From: Octopus sinensis
Lineage: Eukaryota
Direction of reading: 5' to 3'
Assembly: GCF_006345805.1 (NCBI RefSeq)
Contig: NC_043000.1
Coordinates: 113,150,001-113,214,000 of the forward strand
DNA length: 64,000 nucleotides
Each line of letters begins with the position of its first letter. The stretch's first letter is position 1. The position numbers were made by a program, and so were the translations under genes. Below, piece after piece: positions 52,323-64,000 of this stretch. The notes beneath the pieces were generated by a model. That model had not been told where the DNA came from. It worked only from the letters and a program-made list of their open reading frames with translations, and did not search any database.

Positions 52323-54659
52323 GATATATATACAATTAGAAATAAGGGCAAAAGAAAAAAACTTCCTCGCCAATATGCTGATAGATAGACGTTAATCGTC
52401 TAACCGCATTAAAATGTACTTTCATATGCTGGTCACTGATATAATTATTTAATAAAAGTTTATCCTTATATTAGAAGTATATACATATACTTATTTATAC
52501 GAATATATTTTCTTATGTACGTCTATGTGCGTATGTATGTATGTATGTATGTATGTATGTATGTATGTATGTATGTATGTATTTATGTATGTATGTATGT
52601 ATGTATGTACGTACTTACGTATTTAATTCGTGAAGTGTATCCCAGATGGAATAATGAAGTCTCAAATGTCCAGAAAGTAGATTTCTCTAGAAACGAGAAT
52701 AATTATGTGAACTTATTTCAAAATGGAACAGATGTACAGAACCTGACAAAGCAATTAATTTTAGCAAAGTAACAATTAAAACAAGTAAACTAAATGAGGG
52801 CAAAAACAGGGGCTGTATAATGTCTAGAATCTTCAATAAGTTTAAATCACATTTCATACAAATGTACAGACAATATGGATACAATGGAAAACAATTTATT
52901 TTGGCTAAAATTTAAACACATCTTACGAAAATTCCATTATAATCCTGTCGCGATCAACAATATATTTTATCATATATTTTATCCTTTTTGGGTTATTACA
53001 AAACTTGGGTGGTAGAAGATCAGAATCGCAAGGCTAGTCGGTCGCATAGTCGTGCAGCGTCAGTTACGGCCATTTTCAATCTGACGGCATTGCCTTCTGT
53101 GATGAGACTGATGCTAAATTCTATCGACCCTGAACTGGCATCCTTTCTCCTAGACAACAATGGTTGCGGGAGTGGAGAGAATGGTATGCATCAACATCGG
53201 CCAGTCTTTCACAAAAATTCTTGCCTTATATAGATGCAGATAGGTTAGCGCTGAACGATGGAGAGCTCGTGAGGTCATTTTGGTCTTTTTAAGTCTTGAT
53301 GTTACTGCCATTCTTCTGCATCCTACGTCGAACAGATTCATGTTCAAATAACACTGAATCATTAACCAGAGAGTCTTAGTTTCCCTTTTACAGAAGACTG
53401 AATTGTCTAAGCATCCTTCATTTTTTAAAGTCGCTAGGTGTGATTTGAGGAAATTTCTCTGCTGTTTCTAGTCAGCTAAATCACCTCGATGAAGCTGTTT
53501 CGTTTTGATGTCATTTTTCGTTGTCAGTTCTGATGGTAATTCTTTGTTATTGATTTCTGTATCTCCTCGTTGCTGCATTGAAAACCTTTTTTGTCGTCAT
53601 CGCCGTGGACGTTGTTATATTTTCTCTTCTTCATGTTGTTATACTTCATATTGTTGCCATTTTCTTTGCCGAAATTTAAATTCTTAATGTTATTGTTGCC
53701 ATCATCGTAGAAACCTTCTGGTACCGTTCTCGTTGGCTGTCACTATTGCTGTTGCAAACGTTGTTGTTGTTGTTAGTATTTACATTGTCATATGTTTTTT
53801 GTTTTTTTCTTAAAAACGAATGGAAATATGGAAACTAAACTATATTAAAAAAAAAAGAAAAATTAGCGAAAAATTGCAAAGTAGAAAAAAAGGAAATAGG
53901 GAAAAATTAAATCGGAAGAAATTTTCTTTAAAAAACAAAAACTGCCAAAAATTTCTGAAGAATTAGTGAAAAATATAAAGAATTGAAAAATTGAAAAATG
54001 CACAACAATCCGGTGCTGCTAATGGCTCGGGTTGTGACTGCTTGATTTTAATATTTGTGCAGTTGATAGTGCAGACATGCAGCATCACAATTAAATCGCT
54101 GTACACAGCAATTTGCATGTGCAATCAGAGGTGTCAAGCTGGATGTAGGACCGGATTAGCTAAGCACTCCGTGATCTTGACGCTCGTACAAGTATTATCT
54201 TTAAATCACCACCACACCTCACACCATTTCTAAGAGTTTAATGCTTTGTTTAATATGCCTGTTAATATGACATGTTCTTGCTACCGCCTTGTTTTCACTC
54301 CTTGCACTGAGAATGTGTCTGTATGTATCCGTTGTGGTGTGTAGCTATGGTTCCAGTGTACCTGCATGTCTATATATGTATATGTGTGTGTAACTAGTAT
54401 GCATGCATGCATCATGTATGTATATCATTGTTCAGTTTCTTTATTTTTTTTCAAGATATCTAGCCAATATAGAAAGAGCCGGTTTCTAATCTAGATCTAA
54501 GGCCACATCGTTGGAAATTCAACATTAATAACACGGTATTTTTGTTTGAATGTATATATGTATATTTGTACGTATTCTCATGAATATAGTTACATATCTA
54601 GACATGCTCATATATATTTAAATGATAAACTTCTGGAAAGTTTTACTGATTTTTACGAT

Positions 54660-55010
54660 AAATGTCCTCTGCTATAGCCTCGGGTCGACCAAATCCTTAT
54701 GAGTGGAAGAATCCCGTTGTATGTTTATGTGCTATGTGTGTATATAAATATATATATGAATGTATGTATGTATGTATGTATGTATGTATGTATGTATGTA
54801 TGTATCTGTGTATCTGTCTTTTCCCCACCACCATCGCTTGACAACCGATGCTGGTGCGTTTACGTTCCGTAACGTAGCGGTTCGGCGAATAAGAAGACCG
54901 ATAGAACAAGTACTAGACTTACAAAGAAGTCCTGGCGTCGATTTGTTTCGACTAATCGCGATGCTCCAGCATGGCTGCAGCTAGAATGACTAAAATAAGT
55001 AAAAGAATAA
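54660..55010 (+). mobile_element. SINE family A, 5'-truncated
   Basis: tgtcctctgctatagcctcgggtcgacc...(TATG)n...gatgctccagcatggctgcag. Confidence 0.85.
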
Positions 55011-55149
55011 AAAATATGTAGTTGCTTCTGTGCACATTTTTGTTATGGCACTTCCTGATTGCAGGTTTTTAAAAACGCTTCTTTAGATGTTTGTATTTTG
55101 CTTCAGTATTAACTACAGGTGTATGTCAGTTACCTCCCATATTTCTGTG

Positions 55150-55646
55150 CTTACGTGTGTGCGTGTGAGTGTCTAGGTATACGTCTGTATATATATATAT
55201 ATATATGTGTGTCTCTGTGTAAGTATATGTGTATATATGTGTGCGTTTGTGTGTATGTTAGTGTGGTGTGTGCGTATGTATCGTGGAATTTATTTTCTGT
55301 CAGTTTGTCATCATGTGTCTTCAAGTTAGTTTCATTATCACTGCAACTTTGGGTATGTGTGCAAGTATATCAATCTGTCTGTCTGTCTATCTGTCTGTCT
55401 GTCTGTCTGTCTGTCTCTGTCTCTCTCTCTCTATCTATCTATCTGTCTAGGTATGTATGTATGTATGCATGCATGTATGTATGTATGTATGTATCTATGT
55501 ATGCATGTATGTATGTATGTATCTATCTATCTATATCTCTCTCTATGTATATATAGATAGATAGATATAGATATACACATATATGTATATATATCTATGT
55601 GTCTGGCTGGCTGGTTATCTATCTATCTATCTATCTATCAATATAA

Positions 55647-55733
<87 letters not shown>

Positions 55734-55985
55734 CACATATAATTATCATTATATATATATATTTAGATATACGTACGAGTCTGTATGTACGTGTGCGCGA
55801 GCGCAATACTGTTTTTCCTCACCATCACCTGGCAACTAGTGGAGGGGCAAAAGAGTACAACAGAATAAGTGGTGAGTTCCATACGTGTGTATATATACAT
55901 ACATGCATACATACATGCATACATACACACACACACACGCACACACACACACACACACACGTGCGCACACACGCACATATATATA
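55150..55985. repeat. Compound microsatellite field (TG, TCTG, TCTA, TATG, TA, CA)
   Basis: Direct reading, with short unique spacers. Confidence 0.9.
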
Positions 55986-56830
55986 GATCCGGCTAGCTTG
56001 TCCGAAACAATTCGTCTAAAATACAATTGATATAAATGCAATTTGTCTAAAACAATTTGTCTAAAACAGTATTAATCCTGAAACAATTTGTCTAAAACAC
56101 AATTCGACGAAAGAATAAAAATTCTTTCTTTTTTGATGAATTCGTAGGAAGTGGAAAGGAATAGTTGTTTCTCATGCTATTGAGTATAAATAGTTGTTTG
56201 CGATAATATGGAATAAATCTATTTGTTTACTATTATGTGGAACAAAACTAGTTGTTTACTAAAAGAAAATAGTCGTTTTCTAGAAGAAAATTCTTATTTG
56301 GAATTATTCACAGTGAAAAGACCCGTAGCCAAAGATGTCTGCTGAATTTCCTGAATTAGAAAAGGTCGTAAGAAGCTAGTTGATAATGGATACACATACT
56401 ATAAGAATGTTGAAAATGGTGAACATGTTTACTGGAAGTGCGAAAAATATCCAAAAGCAAAATGCCGTGCTTGCATAATTACGGGATGAAATTGTGAAAT
56501 CTTCCAAGGGCCATAATTGGATGCTGCTGAAATTGCAGCAAAAGAAGCTGCTACAAAAATACGTCAACTGGCTAAGTCAATTTAAGATGCATCTCATTCA
56601 GGTGTTTCTTGTGTTCTCGATGATTGCGATCAAGCCGTTGCCTCCAAGCTACCAAAAATACAAAAAGGCAACAAAACTTTTGCTGGATTGGCTCTACCGT
56701 CAACATGCAGTCAGTGAAATAGTTTTCCCACAGGAACTTACTAAATCTTTTAAAGGTGATCAATTTCTGCTTTATGACTCAGGACCAATTGAAAAGCCTC
56801 TTGGGATATTTGCGACAAAACGTGATTTAT
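55986..56830 (+). mobile_element. MULE (Mutator-like) transposon 5' fragment with FLYWCH domain
   Basis: Subterminal repeats (a)caatttgtctaaaac. From 56358: RKGRKKLVDNGYTYYKNVENGEHVYWKCEKYPKAKCRACII (FLYWCH-type), then IVFPQELTKSFKGDQFLLYDSGPIEKPLGIFATKRDL (typical pre-DDE MULE segment). Frameshifted. Confidence 0.82.
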
Positions 56831-56997
56831 AGTGCAGTTGTATATTGTCAACTTAACGTGACAGTCCCATAAAGGGAATCATACCGCCGCTATTTAGCCC
56901 TAGGAAGCATCAACTCTTCCTGTCGGCCTTTACACATTTCCAGTGTCCTTATGTTGACAAAGGGGAGACAAGCACACCCATCCAGCTAAGCTTGCTC

Positions 56998-57038
56998 CCA
57001 GAGACATGTTTCTGAGTCTTTGCTCGTCATCAGTCCGG
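56998..57038 (-). ncRNA. Minimal type I hammerhead ribozyme
   Basis: Minus strand ccgga-CTGATGA-cgagcaaagactca-GAAACATGTC-tctgg. Helix I pairs, helix II is GAG/CTC, helix III is the palindrome ACATGT, and the cleavage triplet is GUC. The 10.1-11.1 position is C.A. Confidence 0.75.
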
Positions 57039-57387
57039 AGGAACATGGCCTGCTAGCTGAAGATATCTGTCCAGACTTTGTAAAGATATATAATTTCAGT
57101 GAGGTAAATTCACTGATCATTAAAAATAGAAATATTGAATTTCTAAATATCTCAGAGAGATATAAGCAGTGGTGGAACTATAGACTAGTTGTATACTGTC
57201 CTTCACGAGACTGTCACGTTAAGTTGACAGTATACAACTGCTCTATCGTTCCACCACTGCTTATATCTCTCTGAGATATTTAGAAATTTAATATTTCTAT
57301 TTTTAATGATCAGTGAATTTACTTCACTGAAATTATATATGTTTACAAAGTCTAGAAAGGTATCTTCAGCTAGCAGGCCATGTTCCT

Positions 57388-57428
57388 CCAGACTGATGAC
57401 GAGGAAAAACTAAGAAACATGTCTCTGG
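57388..57428 (+). ncRNA. Minimal type I hammerhead ribozyme (inverted copy)
   Basis: ccaga-CTGATGA-cgaggaaaaactaa-GAAACATGTC-tctgg. Helix I is perfect and helix II is weakened; predicted cleavage after C57423. Confidence 0.7.
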
Positions 57429-57881
57429 TAGCAGGCTTAGCTGGATGGGGGTGCTTGTCTCCCCTTTGTAAACATTCTTATTGAGTTGTCCCAGAAACGG
57501 CTGTAAGACTTCAAATCCAAATTAACCTAATTAAATTGTTCTAAATGATTCAAGATACTTGTTCTGCCTTGGTTTTGATTTTTTCCTCTAATATAATAAA
57601 TACCAACTATTACGGAACCTTAATACGGATCCCTAGACCCAACCTTAGCTGTGAAATTGACACTTAACGGACGGCCAACTATAGCACTTAACTAGCGAAC
57701 CTATTCGTTACATCACAAGTGAACTAAATCCCTACTATTCTTTCTATATATGTGCGTGTGTGTGTGTGAGTATGTGTGCATATATAGAGATGAGTGTGTA
57801 TGTATACATACACACACATATATCTATATATACATATATACACATATGTATATACATATATATATACATACATACACACAA

Positions 57882-57940
<59 letters not shown>

Positions 57941-58082
57941 CAAAATGTTCTATAATTATATACATAATTATAATCAGGGGTCAGCTAAGTGTCTCGCCAC
58001 GTACTGAATTAGAAGTAGATGCTGATGCCTTTTCAACTACCATAAAAGGTAACTGAAAAGACATTAGAGTGTATATATATAT

Positions 58083-58187
<105 letters not shown>

Positions 58188-58195
58188 TATATATA

Positions 58196-58227
<32 letters not shown>

Positions 58228-58789
58228 ATATATATATATATATATATGTATATGCATATATATATACACATGTGTGTATGGGTATGTATATGTATATATA
58301 TATATCATCTATATATATATATATATATTAGGTGTGACATATTTGCAGACATTTTGGTAATAGAATAAAACTACTCTGATTAGCAAAGTTAAATGTATTT
58401 TAATAAAAAGAAAGTGTCCTTATATTGTCAGTATGCTTTCTTATGAGATTATTCTATTAATCCGCTTGCATCTATGATGACTGGTTTAATGCAGGATAAG
58501 AATCGCTGACAAGACTGCCATAAAATGGTCTTTAGAAATTCCAGACGGCAGCTGAACAATAGCGGCTTCAGAGGTGCTATGATATACTGAAGATTACAAT
58601 TAGTTTCTTTCAACAACGCTAGAAACATGATAGTCCACGGGATTTAAGTTTAGAAATTTTGAAGGCTATGTCACATGATCGCTAGGATTGCGTAATATTT
58701 ATTCTTGGGTTACGTGGCCTTTATGAGAAGGAGCTCCGCCTTGCTGAAGCAGATATGGCTTTCTACTGCCTTCTTCATCCATGAATGGC

Positions 58790-59014
58790 TTACTTTATTA
58801 CCTGTTTCAGTCATTTGACTGTGGCCATGCTGGATCACCGCCTTTAGTCGAACAAATCGATCCCAGGATTTATTCTTTGTAAGCCTAATACTTATTCTAT
58901 CGGTCTCTTTTGCCGAAACGCTGACTTACGGGGACGTAAACACACCAGCATCGGTCGTCAAGCGGTGTTGGGGAGACAAAGACTGACACACAAACACACA
59001 CACACACACTCTCT

Positions 59015-59054
<40 letters not shown>

Positions 59055-59232
59055 CATATATACATATATACGACGGGCTTCTTTCAGTTTCCGTCTAACA
59101 AATCCACTCACAAGTCTTTAGTCGGCCCGAGGCTATAGTAGAAGACACTTGCCCAAGGTGCTACGCGGTGGGACTGAACCTAGAACCATGTGGTTGGTAA
59201 GCAAGCTACTTACCACAGGGCCACTCCTACGC
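58790..59232 (-). mobile_element. SINE family A, full length
   Basis: Reverse complement of both halves with internal (CA)/(TA). Confidence 0.92.
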
Positions 59233-59329
59233 CTACGGCTTAGTAAATATTTTATGCACATTCACTGTATCCTGCCGCACCAAAATCTAAGACTGATGGA
59301 ATAATGCGTGGTTCTATGGGATGATTTTT

Positions 59330-59760
59330 TTTTCTCAGCACTTCTGAGTGCATCTCAGTTTCTGGATACTGAGTGTGCATTACTCTGGAGTTATCAGAGG
59401 AGTCTGCACATAACTAGGTGATTTCTCCAGTGGACATTTTGTCCCGGTCAAAGATTTTGCCATCAGAGAGCGCATCAATGCATATCATATGTCCTTGATA
59501 GATCAATACAACTTCTGGGAATTTTGACGATGGCCTTTATTGATTTTCCGGGATCATTACCAAATAATCTTTTGAACCCGTTGTGTGAATTACGGCAGTC
59601 TTCTATTAAATACCTTTTTGATGAAGTTAAATTATTCACATGTCCCCAATTCCGTCTGACTTTTGTGTACAATAGTTAGAATTTTCTAAATCGCTGTATT
59701 CCGCATATATGGCAATAAAGATTGCATGTTTTGCGTTTTTCTCATTTCTTGTACTAGTAT
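59330..59760 (-). mobile_element. Degenerate Tc1/mariner-superfamily transposase N-terminal fragment
   Basis: Manual translation gives KHAIFIAIYAEYSDLENS, YTKVRRNW and NDPGKSIKAIVK across frames, resembling an HTH region of Tc1/mariner (maT-like) transposases. Confidence 0.6.
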
Positions 59761-59874
59761 TTCATCTCCAATGAGGGATGAGAGATAAATGAAAAAAACT
59801 TTAAATTAATTTGAAAACTGATAATTAAGAGCCTTCAAATACCTCCCATTAATTCACACACACAAATATATATT

Positions 59875-59913
<39 letters not shown>

Positions 59914-59965
59914 CGACAATGTATCATGAACCGGAGAAAGAATTATACTGTAAAACGGAGCAGTA

Positions 59966-60112
59966 ATGCATTAAAAGTCATCAAGTTAACGTTTAGTCAT
60001 GATTTGACCAATGGTTCGCATCCATAAAGGCCTTAACCTTGCTAAGGCCTTTGTGGATGCGAAATTATTGGTCACTCTCTGACCGGACATTAACTTAATG
60101 ACTTTTAGCATG
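59966..60112. repeat. Fully palindromic foldback element (~65-70 bp arms, 7 nt loop)
   Basis: taaaagtcatcaagttaacg...tgaccaatggttcgcatccataaaggcctta-accttgc-taaggcctttgtggatgcgaaattattggtca...cattaacttaatgactttta. Confidence 0.92.
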
Positions 60113-60239
60113 TGCGTGTGTGTGTATTTCTTTGTATGTGTGTGAATGCATATTTCAGTAAACACGTAACTTACACAACACATACATACATACATACATA
60201 CTTACATACATACATACATACATACTTACATATATATAT

Positions 60240-60405
60240 ATTTCGTCTGTCTTTACGTTCTGAGTTCAAATCCCGCCGAGGTCGATTTTGCTTTTCATCC
60301 CTTCGGGGTCGATAAATTAAGTACCAGTTGCCTACTGGTGTCAATCTAATCGACTAACCCCCTCCTCCAAAATTTCGGGCCTTCTGCCTAGAGCAGAATA
60401 GAATA
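60240..60405 (+). mobile_element. SINE family B, headless monomer (short-tail form)
   Basis: tttcgtctgtctttacgttctgagttcaaatcccgccgagg...ccaaaatttcgggccttctgcctagagcagaatagaat. Confidence 0.88.
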
Positions 60406-60890
60406 CATATATACAGAGAGACGTACATCTAGGCTATTTCTAGGGGCAACACAAATCACAGGAACCGAAATATCACCTACACGTTACAGACGAGCTACCA
60501 AACTGTGCTCAGTGCTAGTCGACACTTTGTAGGTTTTTATAATAATAACCAAGAAATTTCTCAAAATTCTACGACGATTCTTAAACGAAAAGAAGTTGCG
60601 CCTTGACTACATGCATACGTACATACAAGCATACACACATGTCGCTTTGTTAGCGACTGGCTTGAATTCTCTCAAGATCTTAAATAAAACTCAAAGGAAA
60701 GTAATACATGTATGTATGCAAGTATGTAAGTATGTATGTGTGTATGTTTGTAAATGTAACTATATGTATATTATATGCATACATATGCGTATACATATAT
60801 ATATATAGATATGTATGCGTGTGTATATGTTTGTGTATATATATATGTATATGTATCTCTCTCTCTCCCCCTCTCTTCTCTCTCTAACTT

Positions 60891-60932
<42 letters not shown>

Positions 60933-60935
<3 letters not shown>

Positions 60936-61929
60936 AGATAAATAAAAATATATGCATACATACAAACATATATGTACGTACCTACATCTACATGTATATA
61001 TACATGCATATAAAATAATTATACGGAAGTACAGGACATCACAATAAGACGTAGAAACAGAAAAAGCCAAAAAACAAAAAACAAGAAAACGGAAAACGAA
61101 ACCAAATACAGGACAGGTTACACAAGGACAAAACCCCCGTCATCAGCTGTCGCTAGAGGAGTCAGGCATGTTTCGAAGGCATAACAGAACACTAATCAAT
61201 AGGCCTTCCTGCGAGAGAATAAAATAAAATTTCAAGCAGCGGGGCACAATGAGTACGAACCACAAACAAGACGTAAACAATAAGACTGCAAAATTAAAAT
61301 ACATGTACAAAAACAAACACAAGAGGACGAACGAAAAAGCCTTTTTTCTGGCATAGACAAACAATAAAACTGCAAAAATAAAAATACATGTACAAAAGTA
61401 CAATTAGTTACAAAACGAGAAAATAACAAGAATACTATACAGGAAATTAACCACACAAGGGGACGAACGAAGAAGCCTTTTTGCTGGCAAGGACGAAAGT
61501 GTAGTAGCAAGCGCGTGGAGGCAGTCTTTTCAATAGTGGTAACCACGTGTAAAGGAATTTTGTTTTATAGGCAAGGAAGAGGGAAGGAGGGGGACACGCG
61601 GCGAAGAGAGAGAGGAGGGAGGGGAGGGAGAAAAGATTGAAGAGGTTAAAGCAAAGGGAGAGAGTACCGCATCTTCAATATAATATATTAATAAAAAAAG
61701 GGGACCAAGAAGTGGATCGAAACGACGAATCGGAACGAACCTGATGCGGGGCGCTGTCAGACAATAAGGAGATAAATAAAAATATATGCATACATACAAA
61801 CATATATGTACGTACCTACATCTACATGTATATATACATGCATATATAAATAATTATACGGAAGTACAGGACATCACAATAAGACGTAGAAACAGAAAAA
61901 GCCAAAAAACAAAAAACAAGAAAACGGAA
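60933..61929. repeat. (TA)n-bounded element with ~160 bp terminal direct repeats (period ~835 bp)
   Basis: 60933-61094 and 61767-61929 are near-identical. An internal repeat cacaag.ggacgaacgaa.aagccttttt.ctggca occurs at ~61318 and ~61453. Confidence 0.88.
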
Positions 61930-62147
61930 TATATATATATATATATATATACATGTATATATATATACATATATATATAACAAAGTGGAGTTGTAGGGTA
62001 CCGCACGAGTGGAATTATATACGAAAGAAGGTTTGAAAATGGAATTTTAAGAGATGTTTATTTACTTTACAGTTTCACTCTTTGTCAAAAGTAAAATGTA
62101 GAAGTTTGGTCGCGTTAATTATTGGCTGTTACAAAGTGCTACATTAC

Positions 62148-62182
<35 letters not shown>

Positions 62183-62183
<1 letters not shown>

Positions 62184-62415
62184 CATCATCATCGTTTAAC
62201 GTCCGCTTTCCGCGCTAGCACGGGTTGGACGGTTCGACGGGGTCTGGGAAGCCAGGGGCCGCTCCAGGCTCCAGTCTGAATCTGGCAGAGTTTCTACGGC
62301 TGGATGCCCTTCCTACGCCAACCACTCCGTGAGTGGATGGGTGCTTTTTACGTGCCACCTGCACAGGGGCCGGAGGGTCCGGCATCGTCACGATCGGTCG
62401 AGCATTTTAACTTGT
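62183..62415 (-). mobile_element. SINE 3' portion with RTE-type (GAT)n tail
   Basis: Minus strand ...ggagtggttggcgtaggaagggcatccagccgtagaaactctgcc...ccgtccaacccgtgctagcgcggaaagcggacgttaaacgatgatgatg. Confidence 0.8.
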
Positions 62416-62524
62416 CAGCGGCACGGGGGCAACGAGGTCCGGGGTACTTTGGGGATCGGGGTACTTTGGGGATCCAGGGTACTTTGGATCCGGGGTGGGG
62501 GTACTTAGAATGGGTAGGGGGTAT

Positions 62525-62648
62525 GTGGAATTGCTGCAGAAAGCAGCCCGGGTCTTTGTAGTCACAGCATATCTCCAGAGATCTCGGTCCTTCGCCATTG
62601 CCTCAGTGAGGCCCAATGTTCTGAGGTCATGCTTGACCACCTCATCCC

Positions 62649-62650
<2 letters not shown>
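62525..62650 (-). mobile_element. RTE LINE C-terminal coding fragment
   Basis: WDEVVKHDLRTLGLTEAMAKDRDLWRYAVTTKTR within ORF 62407..62712. Confidence 0.8.
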
Positions 62651-62685
<35 letters not shown>

Positions 62686-62916
62686 CACACAGAGGGAGGG
62701 AAATATTTTCATGTATAATCACAATTAAAAACAATTTCGTGTTTTTACTTATGTGGAATACAAATAATATTTTAACAAGAATATTATCAACAGTGACTTC
62801 GAAGCTTCGTCGTACAAGAGAATCATCGAACAGCCTGATGATGCCTCAGCATATAAATACATGTGTGTGTGTGTGTGTGTGTGTGCATGTATGTATAGAT
62901 ATATGTATATATATAT

Positions 62917-63070
62917 AGGCGCAGGAGTGGCTGTGTGGTAAGTAGCTTGCTTACCAACTACATGATGCGTGGCATCTTGGGCAAGTGTCTTCTGCTATAG
63001 CCCCGGGCCGACCAATGCCTTGTGAGTGGATTTGGTAGACGGAAACTGAAAGAAGCATGTCGTATATATG

Positions 63071-63105
<35 letters not shown>

Positions 63106-63320
63106 GTGTTTGTGTGTCTGTGTTTGTCCCCCTAGCATTGCTTGACAACCGATGCTTGTGTGTTTACGTCCCCGTCACTTAGCGGTTCGGCAAAAGAGAC
63201 CGATAGAATAAGTACTGGGCTTACAAAAGAATAAGTCCCGGGGTCGATTTGCTCGACTAAAGGCGGTGCTCCAGCATGGCCGCAGTCAAATGACTGAAAC
63301 AAGTAAAAGAGTAAAAAGAG
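62917..63320 (+). mobile_element. SINE family A, full length (small head deletion)
   Basis: taggcgcaggagtggctgtgtggtaagtagc...aaggcggtgctccagcatggccgcagtcaaatgactgaaacaagtaaaagagtaaaaagag. Confidence 0.93.
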
Positions 63321-63790
63321 TAATATATATATATATATATGCGTGTATGTATGTATATTTTCTGTTGTGTGTATGGAGCGAGTGAATGTGTGAATGTGAC
63401 AATGTTTGATTGGTGGTTTCATCGTGTGCGTTTGTATGTCTGTCAACGAGGGCTTCCGTGTTGTTATCATTTCCTTCGGCAATATAAGACGAAATACATA
63501 TACGCATTAAAATAAAAAATGAGATGAATCTAGATATCTGGGAACAATCCCATCAAATTAGACGTTGAAGTTTATGAATAATTCAGTTTGAGCAGAATAG
63601 ACACTTGCTGGAAGTCGACCAATATTTATAGTGAAGAAGGAGTAGGTGGTACCGAGTTATTTAGATACATACATAATATACATATATACATACATACATA
63701 CATACATATATACATACATAGATACATACGTAAATACATACATAAAAACATGCACAAACACCTATAATACAATATATGTGTGTACGTATG

Positions 63791-63839
<49 letters not shown>

Positions 63840-64000
63840 TCACACACACATGCATATATATATCAAGAGATGGAGAGAGAGACACACACAAAATAAGTGA
63901 GAATGGAAAATGGAGGCTGGCAGAGTAAGAAAGTGAGGAATATGCAAATGTACATGAATGTAAATGTGTGTATACACAAGGATACACACGTAGGTAAGGT

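Larger units (their letters stand above)
56834..57475. mobile_element. Hammerhead-bearing ~350 bp unit plus its inverted copy (PLE pseudo-LTR or retrozyme-like)
   Basis: 56951-57200 and 57226-57475 are reverse complements. The motif agttgtata(t/c)tgtc recurs at 56836 and 57187 (351 bp period), and 56834-56866 matches the reverse complement of 57209-57241. Confidence 0.85.

Noticed and set aside
58500-58640. CTGACAA...GAAA and CTGAAGA...GAAACATGATA as hammerheads
   Set aside because: Core substitutions and no helix I pairing; cannot be supported.
61130-61180. Minus-strand GAAACATGCC...CTGATGA as a type II hammerhead
   Set aside because: No valid NUH cleavage triplet or helix II closure could be drawn.

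Overview
AT-rich eukaryotic non-coding DNA, most likely from an octopus (coleoid cephalopod). This is inferred from the repeat families and the extreme microsatellite load, not proven. I found no intact host protein-coding exon; nearly all ORFs in the track are microsatellite read-through. The window is a patchwork of compound microsatellites, many copies of two tRNA-derived SINE families plus a few copies of two others, and decayed transposons. The transposons are a near full-length mariner nested inside a SINE, a Tc1/mariner fragment and MITE, a MULE/FLYWCH fragment, CR1 and RTE LINE 3' ends, and two Penelope-like (PLE) bodies. There is also one full-length U6 snRNA copy with an altered ACAGAGA box. 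The most interesting structure is a ~350 bp unit at 56.8-57.5 kb carrying a minimal type I hammerhead ribozyme, folded back into a ~250 bp-arm hairpin with two opposed hammerheads. Other notable items are a further hammerhead-like motif at 6.3 kb, several long foldback hairpins, (TA)n-bounded partial-tandem elements, 184 bp multimeric SINEs, and a few unique motif-dense islands that may be regulatory. All alignments and translations were done by eye, and repeat boundaries are approximate.
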